From UHGV virus genome UHGV-0028991: a stretch of DNA of 64,000 nucleotides; one strand, 5' to 3'. The notes beneath the pieces were generated by a model. That model saw only the letters and a list, made by a program, of their open reading frames with translations, ran no database searches and was not told the DNA's origin. Shown piece by piece: positions 28,932-37,511 of the stretch. The position numbers and the translations under genes are program-made. This stretch comes from a virus. How positions within the stretch are numbered: the first letter of the stretch is position 1; every line of letters begins with the position of its first letter.

Positions 28932-29033
28932 TTACTGCTTTTTGATTGTCTCGGCAATCTCGGACAGTATCGCGGCAATCATTGCTAGCGTTTCGCGGAT
29001 TGCTGCAAGCTCGCGTTCTGTTTTGGTGCTCAT
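28932..29033 (-). CDS. small ORF (33 aa) with strong ribosome-binding site
   Basis: Minus strand AAGGAGGCGAAAAC-ATG. Encodes MSTKTERELAAIRETLAMIAAILSEIAETIKKQ, predicted helical. Lies at the start of the switch region. Confidence 0.3.
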   Translation of the reverse strand: MSTKTERELAAIRETLAMIAAILSEIAETIKKQ

Positions 29034-30120
29034 GTTTTCGCCTCCTTTCGTTTCTTTCTGGCTTTATTGTATCACCCGCGGCGGGCTGATTCAATGTATT
29101 TTTTATAAACCTTTTGTAAACAGATTCTGAACGAAATGCATAAAATTTTGTATAATTGCATAAAACCACAAGCGTTTTGTGTGTTGATGGGAGGCTGTAG
29201 AAACTATACTATAATATAATTGCATGCATACGCGCGCGAGAATTATAATAGTATAGTCATATATATGATATTATTATTATTGTAACTATACTGTTATAGT
29301 TGATATAGTGCAGTTATAACGGTGCTTTGATATAATGATATAATTATTAAAATTTTTATAGTTTATTTTAATAATTATAGGATCGTGAAAAATGGGCTTG
29401 AGGTTTTTATAACCGGAATAGCGCATTTCCGCGTAATGCGTAAACGTTGTTCACTAAAAACCGCCCACTTTTGATAATATCATTCTTTATCATTTTACCA
29501 GTCAACGGAAATAATGAACGCTCGCTCAGTGTTTCAGCAGTACTGCATCGGATGCAAAGTGGCCGATGTTGCCATAATTGCATCATTGCCAAGAATTGAC
29601 AGTAAATTATACTATATAATACTCATTTTATAGTAAATTTTTCAATTGCTATATGTTCATTCATTCATACAGCCGGGGCTATGTTTCAAATGGCAAGAAA
29701 TGGAAATTTGCTGAAATGCCGGGTAGTATAAGAATATCGCAAACTCAAACTTAAAACTTATAAATAATATATTACTATCAATACAAGCAAACAATAATAT
29801 ATAGCATATATAATTATCATAATAAATTTATAGCTATTATGATCATATAGCTGTATATTATATTATAATACAATATAATAAACATATATAATACAATCTA
29901 TCAAGACAGCATAATAATATAATATTATTAAAATAATATAGTTATAATTTAATAATCATAGTCCGTGATGTCAATAATGATAATGTCCGCTATTATAAAC
30001 AATATAGTCCAATGAGTATATAATAATAAACATCAATACAAAATGACCGAGTTGCAAGGGCGAAGCCCGCAGCAACAAAGCCTTATTATTCGGGCGCAAG
30101 CACGAATAATGGGGCTTAGG

Positions 30121-30150
30121 GGTTGGGGTGTGGGGAGGGGCTTGCCCCTA
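30121..30150 (+). other. G-quadruplex-forming motif (five GGGG runs) followed by complementary C4 runs
   Basis: GGGGcttaGGGGttGGGGtgtGGGGaGGGG with loops of 1 to 4 nt, then cttgCCCCtatCCCC. It is isolated within a region that is otherwise above 75% AT. Confidence 0.6.
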
Positions 30151-30314
30151 TCCCCACTATATAATTATTAAATAATTATGAACGGTTAAATTATATATAT
30201 AGTATAATTTAATATAAATATAGAAAAGCTCAAATGTGAACAAATTGTAAAAAACTTGTCCCAAAATTGGTCAAGTATATATATTCTTTCTTTGGTGCTT
30301 TCTTTCTTAAAACA

Positions 30315-30343
30315 CTTGACATTGCAGAATTAACTTGATATAC
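30315..30343 (+). promoter_or_regulatory. sigma70-like promoter for the first plus-strand gene
   Basis: TTGACA, 17 nt spacer, TATACT, with a TGn extended -10. Lies 40 nt upstream of ATG 30384; a GAAAGGACG ribosome-binding site lies in between. Confidence 0.55.
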
Positions 30344-30383
30344 TCATGCTTGTCGGAGCACTTCTGACAGAAAGGACGATTTA

Positions 30384-31409
30384 ATGAAATTTACAAAAGA
30401 CCAAATTGTCAAGCTTAAAGACCTTGAGGGAAATACCGCGTCATATGCCAATCTATGCAAGACATTGGGCATCAAGCAATCTGGTGGAAATCAAAAGAAA
30501 ACATTTTTCAAAGACCTTGAAGCATACTGTGATTTTGAAAAGGTCGAAGGCGCAGACAGATATAACATTGTCAAAGTTTATGACGAAGCCGCATCTGCCT
30601 TGGTCCAATCTAAAATTACAGGCGTGCCAAAACAGCAGCTTTTGTTTGACGCTGTTTTGTATTCTGCTCTTCTGCCCTACCCCAAAGAATCCCTTTATGT
30701 CAGCAACTTGGAACTGCTTCAATTGTTCGGCGAGGTCAATGATAATTTTAAGTATTGTGTCAATATCGACCGCCTAAAAGAAGTGTCTGATGGTGAGGAC
30801 ATTTTATACATGAACGATATGAGCAAGACTGTTTACCACATTTTGTCAAGATGGACTAAGCGTCGAATTCAAAACATGAACGAGCGGCATGTTATTATGC
30901 ACCGTTATGGCTTTAGGCTATACACAATCATTAAATCGAAAGAGGACGGCATTGAATACAAGATTGCCAAGAATGTTCCAATTGGCTCAAATCTTGAAAA
31001 ACGATGCCAGGCTGTTTGGGGCAGAGCATTAAGAAGCGTCGAGGGCGAAGATTTTCTTATGTCTGACGGCTCACTTGGTTGGATGCCAGAAGAAAAGTGG
31101 CATTTGTTTGAAATCAATCTGCGCAACATGGTTAGAGCCGAGTTTGAAGCTGAGGACTATTCCGACATGCGTGTTGTCAATGTTATCTGGGGCGCAGAAG
31201 AATCTTTCTTGCGCGAAGAAATTAAGCGACTTTATCAGCGCATTATTGCATTAGATAATATTCAAGAGCGGGCGCAAGGTAAAGTCCGCGAGACGAAGCA
31301 ACTCGATGCAGAATTTGAAAAACAAGACCGAGAAGAATTTATTGATTATAACATGACCGATGAGCCGCCAAGATGGTTCGATAAGAAGAAGAACAAGAAA
31401 CGGTCATAA
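30384..31409 (+). CDS. hypothetical protein (first gene of the plus-strand arm)
   Basis: 341 aa ORF with its own promoter and ribosome-binding site. Basic C-terminus (KKKNKKRS). Confidence 0.5.
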   Translation: MKFTKDQIVKLKDLEGNTASYANLCKTLGIKQSGGNQKKTFFKDLEAYCDFEKVEGADRYNIVKVYDEAASALVQSKITGVPKQQLLFDAVLYSALLPYPKESLYVSNLELLQLFGEVNDNFKYCVNIDRLKEVSDGEDILYMNDMSKTVYHILSRWTKRRIQNMNERHVIMHRYGFRLYTIIKSKEDGIEYKIAKNVPIGSNLEKRCQAVWGRALRSVEGEDFLMSDGSLGWMPEEKWHLFEINLRNMVRAEFEAEDYSDMRVVNVIWGAEESFLREEIKRLYQRIIALDNIQERAQGKVRETKQLDAEFEKQDREEFIDYNMTDEPPRWFDKKKNKKRS

Positions 31410-31516
31410 ATACCAAAAATTTTAACCGTATGACGATTAAACAGTATAGGGATAGTAAGTATATACCTAACAAACAAATGCGCTTAAATCGAAAAATAAT
31501 AGCATTTATGGCAATA

Positions 31517-31556
31517 TAAAAAAAATAGGCCGTCAGACCAGTTAAGTCCAACGGCT
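31517..31556 (-). terminator. rho-independent terminator on the minus strand (also a hairpin for the convergent plus-strand gene)
   Basis: Hairpin GGCCGT...ACGGC with a 17 nt loop, followed on the minus strand by TTTTTTTT. It lies 13 nt beyond the stop of 31569..31865. Confidence 0.5.
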
Positions 31557-31568
31557 TTAATTTCGATT

Positions 31569-31865
31569 TTATTTATGTCCGGTTCGGTCTGCCACCTCTT
31601 TTCTGAGGTATTTTAGATAGAACAGCGCTTTATCAATGTCTTGTAGCCCGTTTTTCTTTTTAAAGCGCCATGTATATTTTATTACATTGGCAACACAGAC
31701 GGCTTCAATTCCTTGTTTGTCTACGGTTGCAGCTTTTATTGCGTCAAGACATTCAATTCCGCCTTGCGTGTAATGAGATGGATGCTGCACCATATCGTCC
31801 TTGGGTTTGGTTGTTTCAGATTTTTTCATTGCTTTCCTCCAATTCTTCAAGGTCTTTATTTCCAT
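31569..31865 (-). CDS. DUF3310-like phage protein
   Basis: 98 aa. HPSHYTQGGIECLDAIKAA resembles the HYxxGxIExIDxI signature of the DUF3310 family. Confidence 0.4.
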   Translation of the reverse strand: MEIKTLKNWRKAMKKSETTKPKDDMVQHPSHYTQGGIECLDAIKAATVDKQGIEAVCVANVIKYTWRFKKKNGLQDIDKALFYLKYLRKEVADRTGHK

Positions 31866-32976
31866 ATCGGACTTCTTGTCCGTATATGTTCTTTAATGCG
31901 TCAACTGCCTCTTCAACAGTGATATAGAAGAATTCTCTGTTTGGCGATACGCGCTTAGAGTCGAAATGTGCATGCATCTTAGATTCAATGTCAAATGCAT
32001 CATCACAGAAGCAATAAGCATTAAGCGCAAACGGCTCAGGAAGTGAGGACGAGCTGAGCTCTCGCACGCGCGTATAAGGAGACAATCTCCTTGTAACGCC
32101 AATTTTCTGAATTCTGGGCAAGGACGGTGAAGAAATAACATACACAAATCCCGCTTTTTTATTTCTTGCTCTGTACTGCAAGCTTGCAATTCTGCGGTCA
32201 ATGTTGGTTATGTTTTGCTTTAAGACTCTTGCCTCTTCGTCGTTGAGCGTGCGACCATATGCAAGTTCCATTGATAGGCGTTCTTCTTTGAGCTTTCTTG
32301 TTTCGGCTTCAATTTCAAGTAGCAGTTGTTCCTGTTCTTTTAACAGGCGTTTTTCTTCTCTGAGTTTAATCCGTTCTGCTTTTGCCCGTTCTTTGATAAG
32401 GACATTAAGGCGCATAAGTTCAATGCGTAGGCTTGCATATTTTGAGTTTAATGAAACGCCTACCATTTTTGTTTTGCGTTGTAGAGTATTAAAGCGGTCG
32501 GTTGCATGTTTCATCGCAAGCGCAAGAGGACTTACAGAGCAAGTCTTTTCTTTCTGTTCCACGTAAGCGTTGAATGCATACAGGCACCCAGTCGCAACAG
32601 CCTTTTGCAAATCATTTCCTTTTGCTCTTGAGCCTTCGATAGTATATTGCTCGTCAACTCTCCACAGACCATCTGCTGAAAGTAACTTTCTTGTTGAGTA
32701 ATCACTGCCCGCCAGTTCTTGTATTTGCATTAAGACGGTCGCTTTCTTGCTTTCAAGTTCAGAGCAAGATAAATTACTGGGTATGATAGTCCTAATTCCA
32801 AAGTCTGACAGAACTTCTTGTGTTTCTATTGAATCACGCAGAAGTTTCAGGCGCTCATTGAGCTCGTTGGTTTCGGCGTTTAATCTTGCTTTCGTTGATT
32901 CAAGCGAAGCGACTTGGCGCTCAAGCGTTTTCTTTTCTGTTTTTAATTTATCAAACATTTTATTTCTCCTAACCAT
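31816..32976 (-). CDS. DUF4041 coiled-coil / T5orf172 (MUG113, GIY-YIG-like) domain protein
   Basis: 386 aa. N-terminal two-thirds is coiled coil. C-terminal GFVYVISSPSLPRIQKIGVTRRLSPYTRVRELSSSSLPEPFAL...ESKMHAHF...REFFYIT matches the T5orf172 domain pattern. Confidence 0.6.
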   Translation of the reverse strand: MVRRNKMFDKLKTEKKTLERQVASLESTKARLNAETNELNERLKLLRDSIETQEVLSDFGIRTIIPSNLSCSELESKKATVLMQIQELAGSDYSTRKLLSADGLWRVDEQYTIEGSRAKGNDLQKAVATGCLYAFNAYVEQKEKTCSVSPLALAMKHATDRFNTLQRKTKMVGVSLNSKYASLRIELMRLNVLIKERAKAERIKLREEKRLLKEQEQLLLEIEAETRKLKEERLSMELAYGRTLNDEEARVLKQNITNIDRRIASLQYRARNKKAGFVYVISSPSLPRIQKIGVTRRLSPYTRVRELSSSSLPEPFALNAYCFCDDAFDIESKMHAHFDSKRVSPNREFFYITVEEAVDALKNIYGQEVRYGNKDLEELEESNEKI

Positions 32977-33036
32977 TCTTTGAAAATGATTATATCACAA
33001 ATATGCAAACTTGTCAATAGAAAATTTGAAAAATTA

Positions 33037-33065
33037 TTGACTTTTTATAATTACATCTATATACT
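33037..33065 (+). promoter_or_regulatory. sigma70-like promoter
   Basis: TTGACT, 17 nt spacer, TATACT. Same architecture as the promoter at 30315. Confidence 0.5.
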
Positions 33066-33094
33066 TAGAATATAAAGCAAGAGAGGAGGATATT

Positions 33095-33256
33095 ATGCGG
33101 TTTTATTCCGATAAGTCGCTTGAATTTGAAGAAGAATGGCTCAAAGCAAGAAGGTCGCGGCTTGAAACAACACCAGAAGAAATTGATTTTGACCTTGATT
33201 ACTTTGACATTATAGATGATTTGGGCGATGATATGTATGACGCAGAGGAGGGCTGA
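33095..33256 (+). CDS. small acidic ORF (53 aa)
   Basis: AGAGGAGGA ribosome-binding site, then ATG. MRFYSDKSLEFEEEWLKARRSRLETTPEEIDFDLDYFDIIDDLGDDMYDAEEG. Its stop lies 2 nt before the GTG start of the 855 aa gene. Confidence 0.35.
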   Translation: MRFYSDKSLEFEEEWLKARRSRLETTPEEIDFDLDYFDIIDDLGDDMYDAEEG

Positions 33257-33258
33257 TA

Positions 33259-35826
33259 GTGCCTCTTGAAAAATTTCATTACATCTATTCAATCGGCACA
33301 GACGCATTATATACGCCCGAAGAAAAAGAAGTTCATAAAAAGCTCGTTAAGCTATACAAAATAAGAAAAAGGTGGAATTCCGACACGCAGAAATGGCGAA
33401 AAGCGTGTGTAAACCGCGTTATAAAGAAGTACAAGGCAAAATTGACCGAGCTTTTAGACAGGTCTTTGGAGCAGGACATTCACAGGACGGTTGACCCAAA
33501 TTGTCTGAAAGACAAATTTGTTATCAATCTATTCGATTCTGAATTGACTCGTGCATTGAATATGCCTGATTATCAGCTTAGCGATGAGTTGATAATGGTG
33601 AACGTGTATTTCTTCCAAGTGCTGAAGAGCATAATTTTTAATGGCTTTATATTGAATGGTGAGAAATATGTATTTTATACGGCGTCGGCAGGGCAGATTC
33701 GCACAAAGCGGATGATTGCAATAAAAGAATCCTCTTATAAGAGAATTCAGGGGCGATTGTTTTGTGGGCTGACGGTTGACAAGATAAATGTGCTGGGTGG
33801 CATCAATTCAAATAAATTTGCTGCTTATGCAGCTCTCACAAATTCTGCCACGGACCAATGGGACGGCTTTGATATTCGTCGGGCAATAGTTGTCGATGAT
33901 TTTGAAACAAAATTTTCAGCGCTTGTTGATTACATCAATTATGAGACATATGAGGTCAATCGCAAAACAATGGATGTTGACATCCCGTGTACAGATGGTT
34001 GGGGTATTGTTGATGGCGAGATGACGAGAATGTGCCGGGCACCATGGATTAAGGGCTTGCTTACACAGTTTCCTTTGCAACAGTGGCTAAGAGAAGAATG
34101 CCCGCATGATAAACGGACTGTCAAAGATGCTTGGGGCAAAGAGCACAATCTTGTCGAAGAAAACATTAAGGTTATTTTCTGCTTGAGCCAAATGAAGCTG
34201 AAAAAGTTCTATTCAAGTTGGGACGAATATTGCGGCGAATTTGAGAAGAACGGATGCACAGTCAATTACTGCAACATGGAAGAGGAAAACATAAAGTCCT
34301 CTCGAATCAATTATCAGATGCTTCAGCAATTGTCCTCTATTACGCAAACCGAAATCGACAGGCTTGTGAGACGGTCAAACGAGGACATTGAGAAAATCGG
34401 CGTTGATTATCGCACAACAATGAGGCTGCTTGGTGCAGACGATTGGAACAAGGACAAGAGTAGCTTACAGGAAGCGTTGAATATTTATCCAGAATTGTTC
34501 AGAGACGAGTATTCAAAAGAAATTCTTCGGCAAACAAAGAAAAGCTTGGTTAAGCAGGCAAAGGCGGGCAAGGTTAGAGTAAATGGCAAATATTTGTTTG
34601 TTGCGCCGAATCCACTTCCGTTCTTGCGTTGGATGACGACGGGCGAGAAAAGCCCATATGATGAGTTGGCGGATGGGGATGTGTATACAAATCAATTTTC
34701 CACCGATAGCGAATTGATGTTATTGCGGTCGCCGTCTCTTGGAAAAGAATGGGCAATTAAGAAAAACAGGCGAAACGAATATTTAGATAAGTGGTTGGGT
34801 CAATCAAAATGCATTTACACAAGTAGCTATGACACTGTAAGTAAAATGCTGGCGTTCGATTGCGACGGTGACAAATTATTAGTAATTAAAGATTCCAACC
34901 TACTTAAAGTTGCAAAAAGAACAATGGATGGCGTTGTTCCGCTTTACTACGAAATGAAAAAGGCGCAAGGTGGAGAATTAACGCCCGAAACAATATACCG
35001 TGGAATGTCGCTTGCTTACACATCGGGCAATATAGGTCCGATAAGCAATTTAATTACAATTGTCCATAATAACGATGAGGAAAACAGAGAAGAAGCCGAC
35101 CTTGCTATCAAATGGCTAACAATGGAAACAAACTTCCGAATTGATGGCAGCAAGACACTATTCTTTTTAACACGACCGAATTTTGCCGACAAAATAATCA
35201 AGAAACACACAAAATCAAAGTTGCCAAACTTTTTCATTTATGCCAAAGATAAAATGTATGACCCGAAACATCCTGAGAAATCACAGGTCGAGCCGCCCAA
35301 TCAATCTGCAATGAACAGAATTGCGGCGGCTATTGTTCCGAGCAGATTAAAGTATAATAAAAATTTAGGGCAACTTGATTATCGTATGCTTATGAATGTC
35401 GATGCGGGATTTATGATAAGTGATAATTGCCAAGCAATTAAATCCTACGATTATTGGCAGATGCGGGTTGGAACAATTGAAGTGCCCGAGAATGTATCTG
35501 CGGACGAGGATTTGTATATTTACAGAAAAATTCGCACACAGATACTCAATGAGTGTAGGTGGGATTTAGATTTCGTTGTAAATTCGCTTGTTGCATACTT
35601 ATACACTGTTCGTCCGAACAGTCATAAAAAAATGTTGTGGGCATGCTTTGGCGATGTGATTGTAAGAAATTTGAAAAATAATACAAAAGACCTTGGGCAG
35701 ATTTGTCCGATTTGCGGGCGGCGATTCAAAGCAAAAGGCAACAACAAAGACAAGCAAATTGTGTGTTGTGCCGAGTGTAAAAACAAGTGGGATTCGGCAA
35801 GACGACACGACAGGACAGACGAATAA
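33259..35826 (+). CDS. large protein with a DxDGD motif and C-terminal zinc ribbon; candidate non-canonical RNA polymerase (two-barrel type) or primase-polymerase
   Basis: 855 aa, GTG start with a GAGGAGGG ribosome-binding site. LAFDCDGDKLLVI resembles the universal RNAP Mg-binding motif (NADFDGDQMAV) and also AEP primase motif I. AIVVDDFET is a second acidic motif. C-terminal CPICGRR...CCAECKNKW is a zinc ribbon. Confidence 0.3.
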   Translation: MPLEKFHYIYSIGTDALYTPEEKEVHKKLVKLYKIRKRWNSDTQKWRKACVNRVIKKYKAKLTELLDRSLEQDIHRTVDPNCLKDKFVINLFDSELTRALNMPDYQLSDELIMVNVYFFQVLKSIIFNGFILNGEKYVFYTASAGQIRTKRMIAIKESSYKRIQGRLFCGLTVDKINVLGGINSNKFAAYAALTNSATDQWDGFDIRRAIVVDDFETKFSALVDYINYETYEVNRKTMDVDIPCTDGWGIVDGEMTRMCRAPWIKGLLTQFPLQQWLREECPHDKRTVKDAWGKEHNLVEENIKVIFCLSQMKLKKFYSSWDEYCGEFEKNGCTVNYCNMEEENIKSSRINYQMLQQLSSITQTEIDRLVRRSNEDIEKIGVDYRTTMRLLGADDWNKDKSSLQEALNIYPELFRDEYSKEILRQTKKSLVKQAKAGKVRVNGKYLFVAPNPLPFLRWMTTGEKSPYDELADGDVYTNQFSTDSELMLLRSPSLGKEWAIKKNRRNEYLDKWLGQSKCIYTSSYDTVSKMLAFDCDGDKLLVIKDSNLLKVAKRTMDGVVPLYYEMKKAQGGELTPETIYRGMSLAYTSGNIGPISNLITIVHNNDEENREEADLAIKWLTMETNFRIDGSKTLFFLTRPNFADKIIKKHTKSKLPNFFIYAKDKMYDPKHPEKSQVEPPNQSAMNRIAAAIVPSRLKYNKNLGQLDYRMLMNVDAGFMISDNCQAIKSYDYWQMRVGTIEVPENVSADEDLYIYRKIRTQILNECRWDLDFVVNSLVAYLYTVRPNSHKKMLWACFGDVIVRNLKNNTKDLGQICPICGRRFKAKGNNKDKQIVCCAECKNKWDSARRHDRTDE

Positions 35827-35989
35827 AAATTCTATTTTTGTCGCGGCTGAAATTAGCCCGTAAATCAATTATTATATGAATGTTCAAACATCGGGCGTTC
35901 AAAACAAGACTATTCACTATGGGAAGAAGCCCATTTTGGACGATAAAAATTATGCCATTTGTGGCATTTAAGAAAGGGGTTCAATACAA

Positions 35990-36244
35990 ATGAAAATTAA
36001 CTGGAAGGTCAGACTGAAGAACAAGTATTTTTGGTTGACGATTATTCCTGCCCTGTTCCTTTTGGTCGGTCAGGTGCTTAGAGCGCTTGGCATTGATTAT
36101 GATACGGACGCGGCGAGTGCGGCTGTGGTTGATGTTATCAATGCTATCTTTGCTCTTCTGTCCGCATTTGGTGTTGTGGTCGATATGACTACGCAGGGCA
36201 TTAGCGACAGCGACAGAGCGCTGACTTACGACGAGCCTAACTAA
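35990..36244 (+). CDS. small membrane protein (two TM segments; holin-like topology)
   Basis: 84 aa. TM1 WLTIIPALFLLVGQVL; TM2 VVDVINAIFALLSAFGVVV. Confidence 0.4.
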   Translation: MKINWKVRLKNKYFWLTIIPALFLLVGQVLRALGIDYDTDAASAAVVDVINAIFALLSAFGVVVDMTTQGISDSDRALTYDEPN

Positions 36245-36255
36245 CGAGGTGTTGA

Positions 36256-37449
36256 ATGAAACGGAAAAACGGAGAATCGTTAATCCAGTATGCGGGGAGA
36301 GCTACTGATGCTCTCTCCGAAGGATTGATTGATTATAATGAATGGGCAGGGGCAGTCGTTGGAGACGGCGACATGTATGCCCGTGAAAATTTAAGAAGAT
36401 GCAGTGTGTTCTTCAATCAATTTGTTCAAAATGTTAGAAATGATGTAATTGAAGGATCTGATGAAGATGTTGACGAGCTGAGAGATGCCACAGACGCGCT
36501 TATTAAAGAGCGCAAGAAAATCGAGACGGCAAATCTTGAGCACCAAGAATATTTCAGAAAGGTTGCAAGGCAAGAGCTTCTGACGGAACAGATTGAAGAA
36601 GCAATTGGCAAGTTGCCGAAGATTCAGCCCGTTCACATGGATTATACCTATCCTGCTGAAACAACAGGGCTGTTGATTATTTCTGACGAGCATTTTGATT
36701 CGACCTTTGAAATTAAGGGGCTTTACGGCGAGACCGTCAATAAGTATGACAAAGATGTGTTCAAGACACGAATGTGGCATTTGCTTGCAATGATGGAAAA
36801 CGACCGCTTTGATTACGACCAGTTGTTTGTGGTCAGTGCGGGCGATGCCGTTGAGAACATTCTGCGCATGAGTTCGCTTCAGAAGTTGCGGCATGGAGTT
36901 ATTGATTCTACTATTGAGTTTGCTGAATTTATGAGCCAGTGGCTCGTAGAAGCGAATAAGCGGCTTGGCGTTCCGATTCGGTTCGCCATCATTTCCGGCA
37001 ACCACGATGTGTCAAGAGTATTGACACAGACACCTGAATTTCCAGAAGAATCGCTTGCAAAGATTATTCATGCTTTTATGGATTTGAGGCTTGCTGATGT
37101 TTATGGCGTGAATGTCGAGCCTTACGGTGATGTATTCTTTACAAATCTTTACGGGTCTAATTTGTTGTTTGCTCATGGCGAGACGGGCGACCTTGTAAGC
37201 CTGATAAACTACTATGAAAACCTGTATAATATTGAGATTGATTGTCTGTATGCGGGACATTTGCACAGAAGCGAAACAAAGGCGGCTGGTGTCGGAGCGG
37301 TTGGAGACCGCGAAGTTATTCGTGTGCCGTCAATTTGTGGAACGGACACATACGCTAAGAAGATTCTAAAGAATTCTCGTGCGGGCGCTTACTTTGCATT
37401 GTACAGCGAGCTTGGACGAGAATTGAACAAGATATATTATTTGAATTAA
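36256..37449 (+). CDS. calcineurin-like metallophosphoesterase (SbcD/Mre11-like nuclease fold)
   Basis: 397 aa. VVSAGDAVEN (GD motif), IISGNHDV (GNHD motif), YAGHLHRSE (GHxH motif). Confidence 0.55.
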   Translation: MKRKNGESLIQYAGRATDALSEGLIDYNEWAGAVVGDGDMYARENLRRCSVFFNQFVQNVRNDVIEGSDEDVDELRDATDALIKERKKIETANLEHQEYFRKVARQELLTEQIEEAIGKLPKIQPVHMDYTYPAETTGLLIISDEHFDSTFEIKGLYGETVNKYDKDVFKTRMWHLLAMMENDRFDYDQLFVVSAGDAVENILRMSSLQKLRHGVIDSTIEFAEFMSQWLVEANKRLGVPIRFAIISGNHDVSRVLTQTPEFPEESLAKIIHAFMDLRLADVYGVNVEPYGDVFFTNLYGSNLLFAHGETGDLVSLINYYENLYNIEIDCLYAGHLHRSETKAAGVGAVGDREVIRVPSICGTDTYAKKILKNSRAGAYFALYSELGRELNKIYYLN

Positions 37450-37453
37450 GTTT

Positions 37454-37486
37454 GAAGAGCGGGCTTTCTCGCTCTTCTTTCTTTTG
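37454..37486 (+). terminator. rho-independent terminator
   Basis: 8 bp perfect stem GAAGAGCG/CGCTCTTC with an 8 nt loop, followed by TTTCTTTTG. Confidence 0.6.
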
Positions 37487-37511
37487 CAATTGAATAAATG
37501 GAGGTGGGGCG

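Noticed and set aside
28771-29169. Overlapping 119 aa (plus strand) and 121 aa (minus strand) ORFs at the left edge of the switch region
   Set aside because: Both are low-complexity (poly-Leu/Phe and Arg/Lys-rich) and overlap each other. Only the 33-codon ORF with a strong Shine-Dalgarno sequence looks credible.
36391-37005. 204 aa minus-strand ORF inside the metallophosphoesterase gene
   Set aside because: Antisense to a gene with clear GD/GNHD/GHxH motifs, and it has no ribosome-binding site.
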